From Burkholderiales bacterium (GTDB lineage: Bacteria > Pseudomonadota > Gammaproteobacteria > Burkholderiales > SG8-39), in NCBI GenBank assembly GCA_050741515.1, contig JBOIFD010000225.1, forward strand, positions 1-45,400: DNA of 45,400 nt, read 5' to 3'. Below are positions 1-9,690 of the stretch, in pieces. Position numbers and translations under genes: made by a program. Within the stretch, counting starts at the first letter, position 1; the number at the start of each line of letters is the position of its first letter. The notes under the pieces were generated by a model, which was not told the DNA's origin, did no database searches, and saw nothing but the letters and a program-made list of their open reading frames with translations.

Positions 1-953
1 ACGAGCCCGACGACGTTCAGCTCGAGCTCGAGCTCGGCGATCGCGCGCAGGGTGCCGAGCACGCTCGCGGCGCCGCACATGTCGAACTTCATCTCGTCCA
101 TCTCGGCCGCGGGCTTGAGCGAGATGCCGCCGGTGTCGAAGGTGACGCCCTTGCCGACGAGCACGATGGGCTTTGCGCCTTTCGCGCCGCCGCGGTAGCG
201 CAGCTCGATGAACTTGGGGGGCTGGTGCGAGCCCTTCGCGACCGAGAGCAGCGCCCCCATGCCGAGCTTCTCCATCGCGCGGCGCTCGAGCACGTCGACG
301 CCGAGCTTCCACTGGCGCGCGAGCTTTCCCGCCGCGTCCGCGAGGTAGGTCGGGGTGCAGACGTTCCCGGGCAGGTTGCCGAGGTCCTTGGCGAGCGCCA
401 TCCCGGCGGCGGTCGCGCGGCCCTCCGCGAGCCCGCGGGCGGCGCCGGCCTCGCCCGACTTCCGTGCCAGCGCGAGCGTGATGCGCTTCAGGGCGCGCGC
501 CGGGCTTTTCTTGCTCTTCATCGCCTCGAAGCGGTACAGCGCCTCGGCCGCGACCAGCGCGGCGTGACGCGCGCGCCAGGCGATGTCGTGATCGACGACC
601 GGCAGCTCGACGAAGTAGAACACCGCCTCGGCGGCGCCGGTGTCGGCCGCGGCGCCGGTCGCTGCCCGGACCGCCTCGCGGTACGCCTTCGGTCCGAACT
701 CGGCCTCCTTGCCGAGGCCGACGAGCAGGACCCGCTCGGCGCGTAGGCCGGGGACCTTGTAGAGCAGGCGCGTCGCGCCGAGCTTCCCCTCCATGTCCCC
801 GCCCCGGAGCACCGTGCGCAGCGCGCCGCGCGCCGCGCGATCGAGGGCGTCGGCCGCGGCCGAGAGCTTGCGGGACTCGAACACGCCGACCGCTACGCAA
901 GGCGCGGCGGCCGTCTCCGGCGCGAGGGTTTTCGTGCTAAAGTCGGGCGGCAT
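1..953 (-). CDS. pepA: Leucyl aminopeptidase PepA (M17), N-terminal part; the 3' end runs off the window
   Basis: Reverse-strand translation reads MPPDFSTKTLAPE...IVLVGKGVTFDTGGISLKPAAEMDEMKFDMCGAASVLG, which is the M17 active-site block. The frame stays open to position 1. An alternative in-frame ATG lies at 959. The gene is divergent from lptFG, as in E. coli. Confidence 0.9.
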   Translation of the reverse strand, partial: MPPDFSTKTLAPETAAAPCVAVGVFESRKLSAAADALDRAARGALRTVLRGGDMEGKLGATRLLYKVPGLRAERVLLVGLGKEAEFGPKAYREAVRAATGAAADTGAAEAVFYFVELPVVDHDIAWRARHAALVAAEALYRFEAMKSKKSPARALKRITLALARKSGEAGAARGLAEGRATAAGMALAKDLGNLPGNVCTPTYLADAAGKLARQWKLGVDVLERRAMEKLGMGALLSVAKGSHQPPKFIELRYRGGAKGAKPIVLVGKGVTFDTGGISLKPAAEMDEMKFDMCGAASVLGTLRAIAELELELNVVGL

Positions 954-1114
954 TTGCATGCGTGGCTTCGTTCGATGCTGGTCGCGGCGAGGCTGATTAT
1001 CCACGCACCGAATCACCCGCGTCAAAGCAGGTCCGCTCGCCGCCCGCGCTCCGGGAGGAAGGGGCGAGACCCGATGGTCGCGCGCCCCCGTCAACGCCAC
1101 CGCCCGGTCGCCGA

Positions 1115-2194
1115 GTGATCTTCCAGCGCTCACTGCTGCGCGAGCTCGGCGGGTACGCCGCCGCCACGTTCTCGGTGCTGTTCGCGCTCGTGGTGACGGG
1201 GCAGCTCGTGCGGATGCTCTCGCGCGCGGCGGGCGGGAGGATCCCGACCGATGCGATCGTCGCGCTGATCGGTTTCACTGCGCTCAACTACCTCCCGGTG
1301 CTGCTCGCGCTGACGCTCTTCGTGTCGGTGCTGATGGCGGTCTCCCGCAGCTACCGCGACTCCGAGATGGTCGTCTGGTCGACCGCCGGCGTAGCGCTCG
1401 CCGCCTGGGTGCGGCCGGTGATCGCCTTCGCGGTGCCGATCGTGCTGCTGGTCACGGTGCTCGCGCTCTTTCTCACCCCGTGGGCAAACCAGCGCGCCCA
1501 GGAGTACCGGCACCAGCTCGAGAACCGCGAGGAAGTGTCGCGGATCGCGCCCGGCGTGTTCCGCGAGTCGGCGAACGCCGAGCGGGTGTTCTTCGTCGAG
1601 GGCGTGGACGGCGAGGAGGGGCTGGTGCGCAACATCTTCGTCGCCAGCAACCGTCGCGGGCGCAGCGGCGTCCTGGTGAGCCGCGAGGGGTTCATCGAGA
1701 AGGCCGACAACGGCGACCGCTTCGCGGTGCTGCTCAACGGGCGGCAGTACGACGGGATTCCCGGCACCGGCGAGTACCGCGTCGTCGAGTTCGAGCGCTT
1801 CGCGCAGCGCATCCAGGCGCGGGAGGTGCCGGTCCGCGGACGCCATCCGAAGACCGTGCCGACGCTGGAGCTGCTGGCGGCCAAGAGCGGCGAGCTGCGC
1901 GGGGAGCTGATGTGGCGGATCGGGCTGCCGTTCGTCGCGCTCAACCTCGCGCTCCTCGCGATCCCGCTCGCGTTCGTGAACCCGCGGGCGAGCCGGTCGG
2001 TGAACCTGATCTTCGCGGTGCTCGCGTACATGGTGTACAGCAACCTGCAGGGCATCCTCCAGGCCTGGGTGGTCCAGGGCCGGATCCGTTTCGAGATCGG
2101 GTGGTGGGTCCTGCACGTCGCGATGTTCGGGCTGACGATGTTCCTGTTCCTCTGGCGCAACACGCTCGGCTTCAAGCTGTGGTTGCGCCGATGA
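1115..2194 (+). CDS. lptF: LPS export ABC transporter permease LptF
   Basis: The in-frame GTG at 1115 gives VIFQRSLLRELGGYAAATFSVLF, a canonical LptF/YjgP N-terminus, followed by a multi-TM profile. The stop overlaps the lptG start (ATGA). The track ORF starting at 962 would run into the pepA start region. Confidence 0.85.
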   Translation: MIFQRSLLRELGGYAAATFSVLFALVVTGQLVRMLSRAAGGRIPTDAIVALIGFTALNYLPVLLALTLFVSVLMAVSRSYRDSEMVVWSTAGVALAAWVRPVIAFAVPIVLLVTVLALFLTPWANQRAQEYRHQLENREEVSRIAPGVFRESANAERVFFVEGVDGEEGLVRNIFVASNRRGRSGVLVSREGFIEKADNGDRFAVLLNGRQYDGIPGTGEYRVVEFERFAQRIQAREVPVRGRHPKTVPTLELLAAKSGELRGELMWRIGLPFVALNLALLAIPLAFVNPRASRSVNLIFAVLAYMVYSNLQGILQAWVVQGRIRFEIGWWVLHVAMFGLTMFLFLWRNTLGFKLWLRR

Positions 2195-3264
2195 GGACGG
2201 TCACGCGCTATCTCGCCCGCGAGATCTACAAGGCGACCGCGTTCGCGTTCGTCGCGTTCCTCGGGGTGTTCGCGTTCTTCGATCTGCTGAACGAGCTGGA
2301 GGACGTCGGCCGGGGCGCGTACCGCCTGCCGCAGGTCTTCCTGTTCGTCGCGCTCGTCGCGCCCGGCCACGCCTACGAGCTGTTTCCGATCGCGGTGCTG
2401 ATCGGCACGCTGGTGGTCCTGGCGATGCTCGCGGCGAACTCCGAGTACACGGTGATGCGCGTGTCGGGGCTCTCGCCGCTGCAGGCCGCCGGGACCCTCG
2501 CGCGGATCGGCATCGTGTTCGTCCTGCTGACGATCCTGGTCGGTGAGCTGATCGCCCCGGAGGCCGAGCGCGCCGCCCAGCGGCTTCGCCTCGACCGGCT
2601 CGGGTCCGCAGTCGGCTCGGAGCTCCGGACCGGGGTGTGGGTGAAGTCGGACACCCATTTCGTCAACGTCGGCCAGGTGCTGCCGGACGCGACGTTGAAG
2701 AGCGTCAAGATCTACGAGTTCGACAAGGACTTCCGCCTGCGCTCGATCAGCCAGGCCGCGACCGGGCGGTACGTCGGCGCCAACACCTGGCGTCTGTCGG
2801 AAGTGCTGGAGACCCAGTTCGGCGATGCGGGTGCGACGGTCAGGGCGCAAGCCGCGGTCGACTGGGTGTCGGTGTTGACGCCGGACATGCTGTCGGTGCT
2901 GCTGGTGGTTCCGGAGAAGCTGCCGGCCTGGGGCCTGTACCAGTACATCCAGCACCTCGCCGCGAACAAGCAGCGCACCGAGCGCTACGAGATCGCGTTC
3001 TGGAAGAAGCTCGTCTATCCGTTCGCAGCGCTGGTGATGATGGCGCTGGCGCTGCCCTTCGCGTACATCCAGGTACGCACCGGCGGCGTCGGGGTGAAGC
3101 TCTTCGCCGGACTGATGCTGGGGGTCCTGTTCCACTTCCTGAACGCCCTGTTCTCGCACCTCGCGGTCCTCGAACGGTGGCCGCCCTTCGTTGCCGCCGC
3201 GGCGCCGAGCGCGGCCTTCCTCCTTGCCGGGGTGGTGATGATGTGGTGGGTCGAGAGGCGCTGA
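2191..3264 (+). CDS. lptG: LPS export ABC transporter permease LptG
   Basis: MRTVTRYLAREIYKATAFAFVAFLGVFAFFDLLNEL... is YjgP/YjgQ family. The ATG at 2191 overlaps the lptF stop. Confidence 0.9.
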   Translation: MRTVTRYLAREIYKATAFAFVAFLGVFAFFDLLNELEDVGRGAYRLPQVFLFVALVAPGHAYELFPIAVLIGTLVVLAMLAANSEYTVMRVSGLSPLQAAGTLARIGIVFVLLTILVGELIAPEAERAAQRLRLDRLGSAVGSELRTGVWVKSDTHFVNVGQVLPDATLKSVKIYEFDKDFRLRSISQAATGRYVGANTWRLSEVLETQFGDAGATVRAQAAVDWVSVLTPDMLSVLLVVPEKLPAWGLYQYIQHLAANKQRTERYEIAFWKKLVYPFAALVMMALALPFAYIQVRTGGVGVKLFAGLMLGVLFHFLNALFSHLAVLERWPPFVAAAAPSAAFLLAGVVMMWWVERR

Positions 3265-3287
3265 GGGGCCGGCGCGTCCCTCGCCGG

Positions 3288-3797
3288 TCATCCGTCGCTC
3301 GTCACGATCTTGGTTCCGGCGAGCCGGTCGTGCAGGAACTGCCGCTCGGCGTCCACGCGACTCCATAGAACCGTGAGGACACCCGGGGCGAGGGCGAGCC
3401 ACGCGAGCCACGTCGCTGGCTCGCGCCAGAGCACGGCCGCGGCCACCGCGCTCGCGCCGAGCGCCAACGCTGCAAGCACGTAGCGCAACAGCGCGCGCGG
3501 CGTGTCGAGGGGTGCGCCATTGCGACGGACGACCCGCAGCTTCCAGGCCTTCATCGGGAGCGTCTGGCCCCCGCGCCGCCAGCACCACACGAAGTAGAGT
3601 CCGAGGACGAGGAAAAGGTAGCCCTGGAAGAGGTGCCGCGCCAGCCCCTCCAGGCGGGAGGTCGTGGCGCCCAGGAAGGCGAAGCTCGCGACGAGCAGGA
3701 TCGCGGCGACGATCAGCGACTCGTACGCCATGGCCGCGAGCCGGCGTGCGAGCGAGGGATGGGGCGACGATGGCGCCTGGACGTCCTCGGGCGCCAC
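3288..3797 (-). CDS. RDD family membrane protein
   Basis: ...SLARRLAAMAYESLIVAAILLVASFAF... with TM segments typical of RDD proteins. I prefer the GTG at 3797, just after the upstream stop. The longest ORF (start 3893) would overlap the DUF3106 gene by 83 nt. Confidence 0.7.
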   Translation of the reverse strand: MAPEDVQAPSSPHPSLARRLAAMAYESLIVAAILLVASFAFLGATTSRLEGLARHLFQGYLFLVLGLYFVWCWRRGGQTLPMKAWKLRVVRRNGAPLDTPRALLRYVLAALALGASAVAAAVLWREPATWLAWLALAPGVLTVLWSRVDAERQFLHDRLAGTKIVTSDG

Positions 3798-3810
3798 GGA
3801 GGGAACGGGA

Positions 3811-4368
3811 CTACTGCTGCTGGGGCCCGGTGATTCCGGGCTCGTTCGTGCCCTCGAACGCCGCCGGAGTCTCGGTCGCCGGTACGGAGGCATCCTCGGG
3901 GCCCGGCTCGGCCGCGGCCTCGGGGCCCGGCTCGGCCGCGGCCTCGGCGGCCGGCTCGGCCGCGGCCTCGGCGGCTTTCTGGGCCTCTTCCGCGGCGCGC
4001 GCCTGCTTGTACTCCTCCCACTTCTCGCGGACGATCCGCCGCTCCTCGGCCGGGAGCTGCTCGAACTCCTTGTACTTGTCGCGTGCGGCGCGACGTTGCT
4101 CGGGGGTCAGGCTGGCCCATTCCTGCATGCGCCGCTGGAGCCGCGTTTGCGCCTTGGGCGACATCTTCGGGTAGCGCTGCGCGATTCCGAGCCATTTGCG
4201 CTTGCGCGGCGGATCCAGCGCTTCCCATTCGCTCTCGATCGGGGCGAGGACGCGCTGCTGGGCCGGAGTCAGCTGACTCCAGGCCGGATCCGGCGTGGCG
4301 GTTTGGGCGTGCGCGAGCGAGACTCCGAGGCAGAGCGACAGGGCTATTCCGATGAGCGCTTTAGCCAT
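3811..4368 (-). CDS. DUF3106 domain protein, secreted
   Basis: The internal ATG at 4368 gives a signal peptide, MAKALIGIALSLCLGVSLAHA. This is followed by repeated W..L.P.QR/W....P..R units (WSQLTPAQQRVL, WASLTPEQRRAA) and an Ala/Glu/Pro-rich repetitive tail. Confidence 0.7.
   Translation of the reverse strand: MAKALIGIALSLCLGVSLAHAQTATPDPAWSQLTPAQQRVLAPIESEWEALDPPRKRKWLGIAQRYPKMSPKAQTRLQRRMQEWASLTPEQRRAARDKYKEFEQLPAEERRIVREKWEEYKQARAAEEAQKAAEAAAEPAAEAAAEPGPEAAAEPGPEDASVPATETPAAFEGTNEPGITGPQQQ
3895..3975. repeat. 24-bp tandem repeat (about 3.4 copies) inside the DUF3106 gene
   Basis: The unit CTCGG(G/C)G(C/G)CCGGCTCGGCCGCGGC begins at 3895, 3919, 3943 and 3967 (partial). It encodes (A/G)(A/P)EAAAEP units on the minus strand. 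Confidence 0.85.
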
Positions 4369-4748
4369 GCCTGGAAATCCTCGTCGAGATAGGCCCTGAT
4401 GGGAAGGTCGCCGGTCAGCAGCCGGGCATCGGTCTCTTCGATCTCCGCGGCTTGCTGGGCCGCAGTGCGCGCCGCCCGCTGGTGCTCCTGCCATTGGTGC
4501 AGGCCGATCACCGCCGCCACGAGGAAGGCGATGGGCAGGAGCACGCGGGTGAGCCGCTGGGCAGGGCCGGCGAGCCGGGACGCCGTGCGGCCGCCGCCGG
4601 CGAACGCCATGATCTCGGGGGCCGGCGCGCGATGGCGCTCCAGCGCCCGCTCCCGCGCGACCACGAGGCGTGCCGAGGCTTCCGGCGAGACCTTCAGGCC
4701 GGCGTCACGGGCGTCCTTGATCTTGCGGGCGAGCAACGGCTCGTTCAC
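4344..4748 (-). CDS. DUF3619-like single-pass membrane protein, candidate anti-sigma partner
   Basis: The GTG at 4748 overlaps the sigma-factor stop (GTGA) and gives VNEPLLARKIKDARDAGL.... There is a central TM segment (VLLPIAFLVAAVIGL). Its position directly downstream of an ECF sigma gene fits the conserved sigma/DUF3619/DUF3106/RDD order. Confidence 0.6.
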   Translation of the reverse strand: MNEPLLARKIKDARDAGLKVSPEASARLVVARERALERHRAPAPEIMAFAGGGRTASRLAGPAQRLTRVLLPIAFLVAAVIGLHQWQEHQRAARTAAQQAAEIEETDARLLTGDLPIRAYLDEDFQAWLKRSSE

Positions 4749-5374
4749 AGCTCGATGCCTTTGGCCTTGAGCGCGGCCGCCAAAGCGTGCGCGGCGCGCG
4801 AACAGTGCGTTTTCACGCTGCCCTCCGAGCACCCCATCACGGCAGCGGCTTCCGCGACGTCGAGTTCTTCCCAGTAACGGAGCAGAAACGCCTCGCGTTG
4901 ACGGGCCGGCAGCTTCTCGATTTCCTTCCCAATCAAATCAAGCAATTGTACCTGCTCGACCTGGCCCTCCGGGCCGCGCTGGTGGGTAGGACCGGCCACG
5001 GTTTCCAAAGTTTCCAGCGGATCCGCGTCGTCATCCTCGCGATGCGGCGTCAGCGCGGAGAAGAGCGTCGTCCAGAGCGACCGGACCTTCCGCCTGCGGA
5101 AAAAGTCACGGATGGCGTTCTGCAGGATGCGCTGGAAGAGGAGCGGCAGCTCGGCGGGCGGCTTGGCCCCGTACTTCTCCGCCAGGCGAAGCATCGCGTC
5201 CTGCACGATGTCCAACGCGGCCTCCTCGTCGCGGACGGCGAACAGGGCCTGCTTGAAGGCCCGCCGTTCGACGCCGATCAGGAAATCGGAGAGTTCGCTG
5301 CGCGAGGCCAGGGGGGCGTCCTTGTTGTGGGTGCGCGAGCCGGGCGCACGACCCGCTGGTGGGTGGCGCGGCAT
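4745..5374 (-). CDS. ECF-type RNA polymerase sigma-70 family factor
   Basis: Region 2 (ALDIVQDAMLRLAEKY) and a region 4 HTH (LDVAEAAAVMGCSEGSVKTHCSRA) are both present. The ATG at 5374 is preceded by GGGAGG with 9-nt spacing. The longer track ORF (5443) adds an Arg/Pro-rich extension. Confidence 0.85.
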   Translation of the reverse strand: MPRHPPAGRAPGSRTHNKDAPLASRSELSDFLIGVERRAFKQALFAVRDEEAALDIVQDAMLRLAEKYGAKPPAELPLLFQRILQNAIRDFFRRRKVRSLWTTLFSALTPHREDDDADPLETLETVAGPTHQRGPEGQVEQVQLLDLIGKEIEKLPARQREAFLLRYWEELDVAEAAAVMGCSEGSVKTHCSRAAHALAAALKAKGIEL

Positions 5375-5386
5375 GTTATCAAACCT

Positions 5387-5408
5387 CCCTCGGCCGGCAG
5401 GCCGAGGG
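5387..5408 (-). promoter_or_regulatory. Perfect 9-bp stem-loop whose 3' arm overlaps the sigma-factor SD
   Basis: The minus-strand RNA reads CCCTCGGCC-UGCC-GGCCGAGGG, followed immediately by AGGUUUGAUAAC-AUG. Confidence 0.4.
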
Positions 5409-5499
5409 AAAGTCGCTCGTACCAGCGCGGGGAGAGAGGGCAAGCCGCCCGGTAGAACCCCGGCGCCGGGCGGTGGGCGTCGCCCCGACCGCCGAGCGC

Positions 5500-5528
5500 T
5501 TGACCAAACTGCACCGAGCCTTTACCTT
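5500..5528 (+). promoter_or_regulatory. Weak sigma70 promoter candidate for ilvIHC (TTGACC-17 nt-TACCTT)
   Basis: The hexamers were read directly in the AT-richer stretch before ilvI. Confidence 0.3.
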
Positions 5529-5568
5529 CTATCGTTTTCGCCAAATATTCAACGAAATAGGGACTTGC

Positions 5569-7311
5569 ATGGATCGCCTGGACCCAACCGCGCGGGTGGC
5601 CGCCCCCGAACTCACCGGTGCCGAGATCGTCATCCGTTGCCTGCAGGCCGAGGGGGTGGAGGTGGTCTTCGGCTACCCGGGCGGCGCAGTCCTCTTCATC
5701 TACGACGAGCTGTTCAAGCAGGACAAAGTCAAGCACGTCCTCGTCCGGCACGAGCAGGGCGCAGCCCACGCGGCGGACGGCTACTCGCGGGCGAGCAACA
5801 AGGTCGGCGTCTGCCTGGTCACGTCCGGCCCCGGGGTGACGAACGCCGTCACCGGGATCGCCACGGCCTACATGGATTCGATCCCGATGGTCGTCATCAC
5901 CGGCCAGGTGCCCACCCATGCGATCGGGCTCGACGCCTTCCAGGAGTGCGACACCGTCGGCATCACCCGGCCCTGCGTCAAGCACAACTTCCTCGTGAAA
6001 GACGTCCGCGACCTCGCGCCCACGATGAAGAAGGCCTTCCACATCGCGACTACGGGACGCCCTGGCCCGGTGCTGGTCGACATCCCCAAGGACGTGACCA
6101 CCCAGACGTGCCGGTTCGAGTACCCGCAAATCGTCGCGATGCGGTCGTACAACCCGACCGTGAAGGGGCACCCGGGACAGGTCAAGAAGGCGGTCCAGCT
6201 CCTGCTGGAGGCGAAGCGGCCGATGGTCTACACCGGCGGCGGCGTGATTCTCTCGGACGCCGCGCCCCAGCTCGCCAAGCTCGTCAGGATGCTCGGACTC
6301 CCGTGCACCAACACGCTGATGGGGCTCGGCGGCTTTCCGGGGACCGATCCGCAGTTCCTCGGCATGCTCGGCATGCACGGCACCTACGAGGCGAACATGG
6401 CGATGCAGCACTGCGACGTGCTGCTGGCGATCGGCGCGCGCTTCGACGACCGGGTGATCGGCAACCCGAAGCACTTCGGCCAGGTGCCGCGCAAGATCAT
6501 CCACGTCGACATCGACCCGTCGTCGATCTCGAAGCGGGTCAAGGTCGACATCCCGATCGTGGGCAACGTGCGCGAGGTGCTGGACGAGCTCATCAAGCAG
6601 CTCGAGGGGCAGGGCCGGAAGCTCGAGCAGAAGGCGCTCGCGGCGTGGTGGGCGCAGATCGAGGAGTGGAAGGCGAAGGACTGCCTGCGCTACGACCGCG
6701 CGTCGAAGATCATCAAGCCGCAGCTCGTGCTGGAGAAGCTCTACGAGGTGACGAAGGGCGCGGCGTTCGTGACCTCCGACGTCGGCCAGCACCAGATGTG
6801 GGCGGCGCAGTTCTACAAGTTCGACAAGCCGAAGCGGTGGGTCAACTCCGGCGGCCTCGGGACGATGGGATTCGGCCTGCCGGCGGCCATGGGCGTCCAG
6901 CTGGCCCACCCCGGCGCGAACGTCGTCTGCGTGACCGGAGAGTCGAGCATCATGATGTGCCTGCAGGAGCTCTCCACCTGCAAGCAGTACCGGCTGCCGA
7001 TCAAGATCGTGAACCTCAACAACCGTTACATGGGCATGGTGCGCCAGTGGCAGCAGTTCTTCCACGGCAACCGGTATTCCGAGTCCTACATGGACGCGCT
7101 GCCCGACTTCGTGAAGCTCGCCGAGGGCTACGGGCACCACGGGATGCTGGTCGAGCGGCCGGAGGACGTCGAGCCGGCGCTCCGCGAGGCGTTCAGCCGC
7201 AGGAACGACCTCATCTTCATGGACTTCATCACCGACCAGACCGAGAACGTGTACCCGATGGTCCCGGGCGGGAAGGGGATCTCGGAGATGATCCTCGCCG
7301 AGGACCTGTGA
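5569..7311 (+). CDS. ilvI: Acetolactate synthase large (catalytic) subunit
   Basis: MDRLDPTARVAAPELTGAEIVIRCLQAEGVEVVFGYPGGAVL...TSGPGVTNAVTGIATAYMDSIPMVVITGQV... is a ThDP-enzyme signature. It is followed by ilvH and ilvC. Confidence 0.95.
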   Translation: MDRLDPTARVAAPELTGAEIVIRCLQAEGVEVVFGYPGGAVLFIYDELFKQDKVKHVLVRHEQGAAHAADGYSRASNKVGVCLVTSGPGVTNAVTGIATAYMDSIPMVVITGQVPTHAIGLDAFQECDTVGITRPCVKHNFLVKDVRDLAPTMKKAFHIATTGRPGPVLVDIPKDVTTQTCRFEYPQIVAMRSYNPTVKGHPGQVKKAVQLLLEAKRPMVYTGGGVILSDAAPQLAKLVRMLGLPCTNTLMGLGGFPGTDPQFLGMLGMHGTYEANMAMQHCDVLLAIGARFDDRVIGNPKHFGQVPRKIIHVDIDPSSISKRVKVDIPIVGNVREVLDELIKQLEGQGRKLEQKALAAWWAQIEEWKAKDCLRYDRASKIIKPQLVLEKLYEVTKGAAFVTSDVGQHQMWAAQFYKFDKPKRWVNSGGLGTMGFGLPAAMGVQLAHPGANVVCVTGESSIMMCLQELSTCKQYRLPIKIVNLNNRYMGMVRQWQQFFHGNRYSESYMDALPDFVKLAEGYGHHGMLVERPEDVEPALREAFSRRNDLIFMDFITDQTENVYPMVPGGKGISEMILAEDL

Positions 7312-7390
7312 GGCGGCCGGCCGGAGAATCGAGACCGTGAACGCCCCCGTGTCGAGCACGTATCCGCTGCCCGCCGCGCCCGCCGCAGGC

Positions 7391-7882
7391 ATGCGCCACA
7401 TCATCTCGATCCTGCTCGAGAACGAGGCCGGCGCGCTGTCGCGCGTCGCCGGCTTGTTCTCGGCGCGCGGCTACAACATCGAGTCGCTGACCGTCGCCCC
7501 GACCGAGGATGCGTCGCTGTCGCGGATGACGATCGTCACGATCGGCTCCGACGACGTGATCGAGCAGATCACCAAGCAGCTGAACAAGCTGATCGAGGTG
7601 GTGAAGGTGGTGGATCTCTCCGAGGCGCCGCACATCGAGCGCGAGCTGATGCTGATCAAGGTGCGCGCGACCGGCAAGGACCGCGAGGAGATGAAGCGCA
7701 TGGCGGACATCTTCCGCGGGCGCATCATCGACGTCACCGAGACGACCTACACGATCGAGCTCACCGGCACCGGCGAGAAGCTCGACGCGTTCATCCAGGC
7801 GATCGACAAGACCGCGATCCTGGAGACGGTGCGCACCGGCGCCTCCGGAATCGCCCGCGGCGAGCGGGTCCTCAGGGTGTAG
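7391..7882 (+). CDS. ilvH: Acetolactate synthase small (regulatory) subunit
   Basis: MRHIISILLENEAGALSRVAGLFSARGYNIESLTVAPTED is the ACT-domain N-terminus typical of IlvH, and this start gives a product of the usual size. An alternative GTG at 7337, with an upstream GGAG, cannot be excluded. Confidence 0.9.
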   Translation: MRHIISILLENEAGALSRVAGLFSARGYNIESLTVAPTEDASLSRMTIVTIGSDDVIEQITKQLNKLIEVVKVVDLSEAPHIERELMLIKVRATGKDREEMKRMADIFRGRIIDVTETTYTIELTGTGEKLDAFIQAIDKTAILETVRTGASGIARGERVLRV

Positions 7883-8980
<1,098 letters not shown>

Positions 8981-9044
8981 CGGCCGGCACCGCGCTTTCC
9001 GGGTGCGGTCGCGCTCCGTCTCCGCGCTGAGCCCGGCGGCTTCG

Positions 9045-9686
9045 ATGGCAGCCTATCCGCACCCGATCATCGCGCGCGAGGGCTGGCCGTTCCTCGCCGC
9101 GGCCGTGGTCGCGACGCTGGTGGTCGGCTGGGCTGCCGGCTGGTGGTGGTCGGTGCCGCTGTGGGTCGTGGTCCTGTTCATCGCCCAGTTCTTCCGCGAC
9201 CCGCCGCGCCGGATCCAGGGCGATGAGCGCAGCGTGCTGGCGCCCGCCGACGGCCGGATCGTCGCCGTGGAACGGGCGAACGACCCCTATCTCGACCGGC
9301 CGGCGACCAAGGTCAGCGTGTTCATGAACGTGTTCAACGTGCACTCGAACCGCTCCCCGGTCGACGGCGAGGTGAAGCGGACGTGGTACGCGCCGGGAGC
9401 GTTCGTCAACGCGGCGCTGGACAAGGCCTCGCTCGAGAACGAGCGCAGCGCCCTGTGGCTCAAGGCCGACGCCGGACCGGACGTGACGTGCGTCCAGATC
9501 GCCGGCCTCGTCGCGCGGCGGATCCTCTGCTACGCGAAGGCCGGTGACCGGCTCCACCGCGGCGACCGCTTCGGCTTCATCCGGTTCGGGTCGCGCGTCG
9601 ATGTCTACCTGCCGGCCGAGGCGCGGGTGAAGGTGGAGCTCGGGCAGCGGGTCTACGCCGCCAGCACCGTGCTCGCCGAGCTCTAG
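9045..9686 (+). CDS. psd: Phosphatidylserine decarboxylase proenzyme (short Asd-type)
   Basis: [16 protein letters not shown]...[17 protein letters not shown]...[13 protein letters not shown] contains the GS self-cleavage site. It lies directly upstream of pssA. Confidence 0.9.
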   Translation: MAAYPHPIIAREGWPFLAAAVVATLVVGWAAGWWWSVPLWVVVLFIAQFFRDPPRRIQGDERSVLAPADGRIVAVERANDPYLDRPATKVSVFMNVFNVHSNRSPVDGEVKRTWYAPGAFVNAALDKASLENERSALWLKADAGPDVTCVQIAGLVARRILCYAKAGDRLHRGDRFGFIRFGSRVDVYLPAEARVKVELGQRVYAASTVLAEL

Positions 9687-9690
9687 CGGC

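Noticed and set aside
1351-3588. A very long ORF (745 aa) antisense to lptF/lptG. Similar giants lie at 5278..7404, 7229..8896, 9577..11184, 10523..12208, 14755..17079, 34330..37122 and 41456..43180.
   Set aside because: All are antisense or out of frame to genes with unmistakable conserved motifs. Their translations are Arg/Pro/Gly/His/Asp-rich low complexity. Stop-free alternative frames are expected at this GC content.
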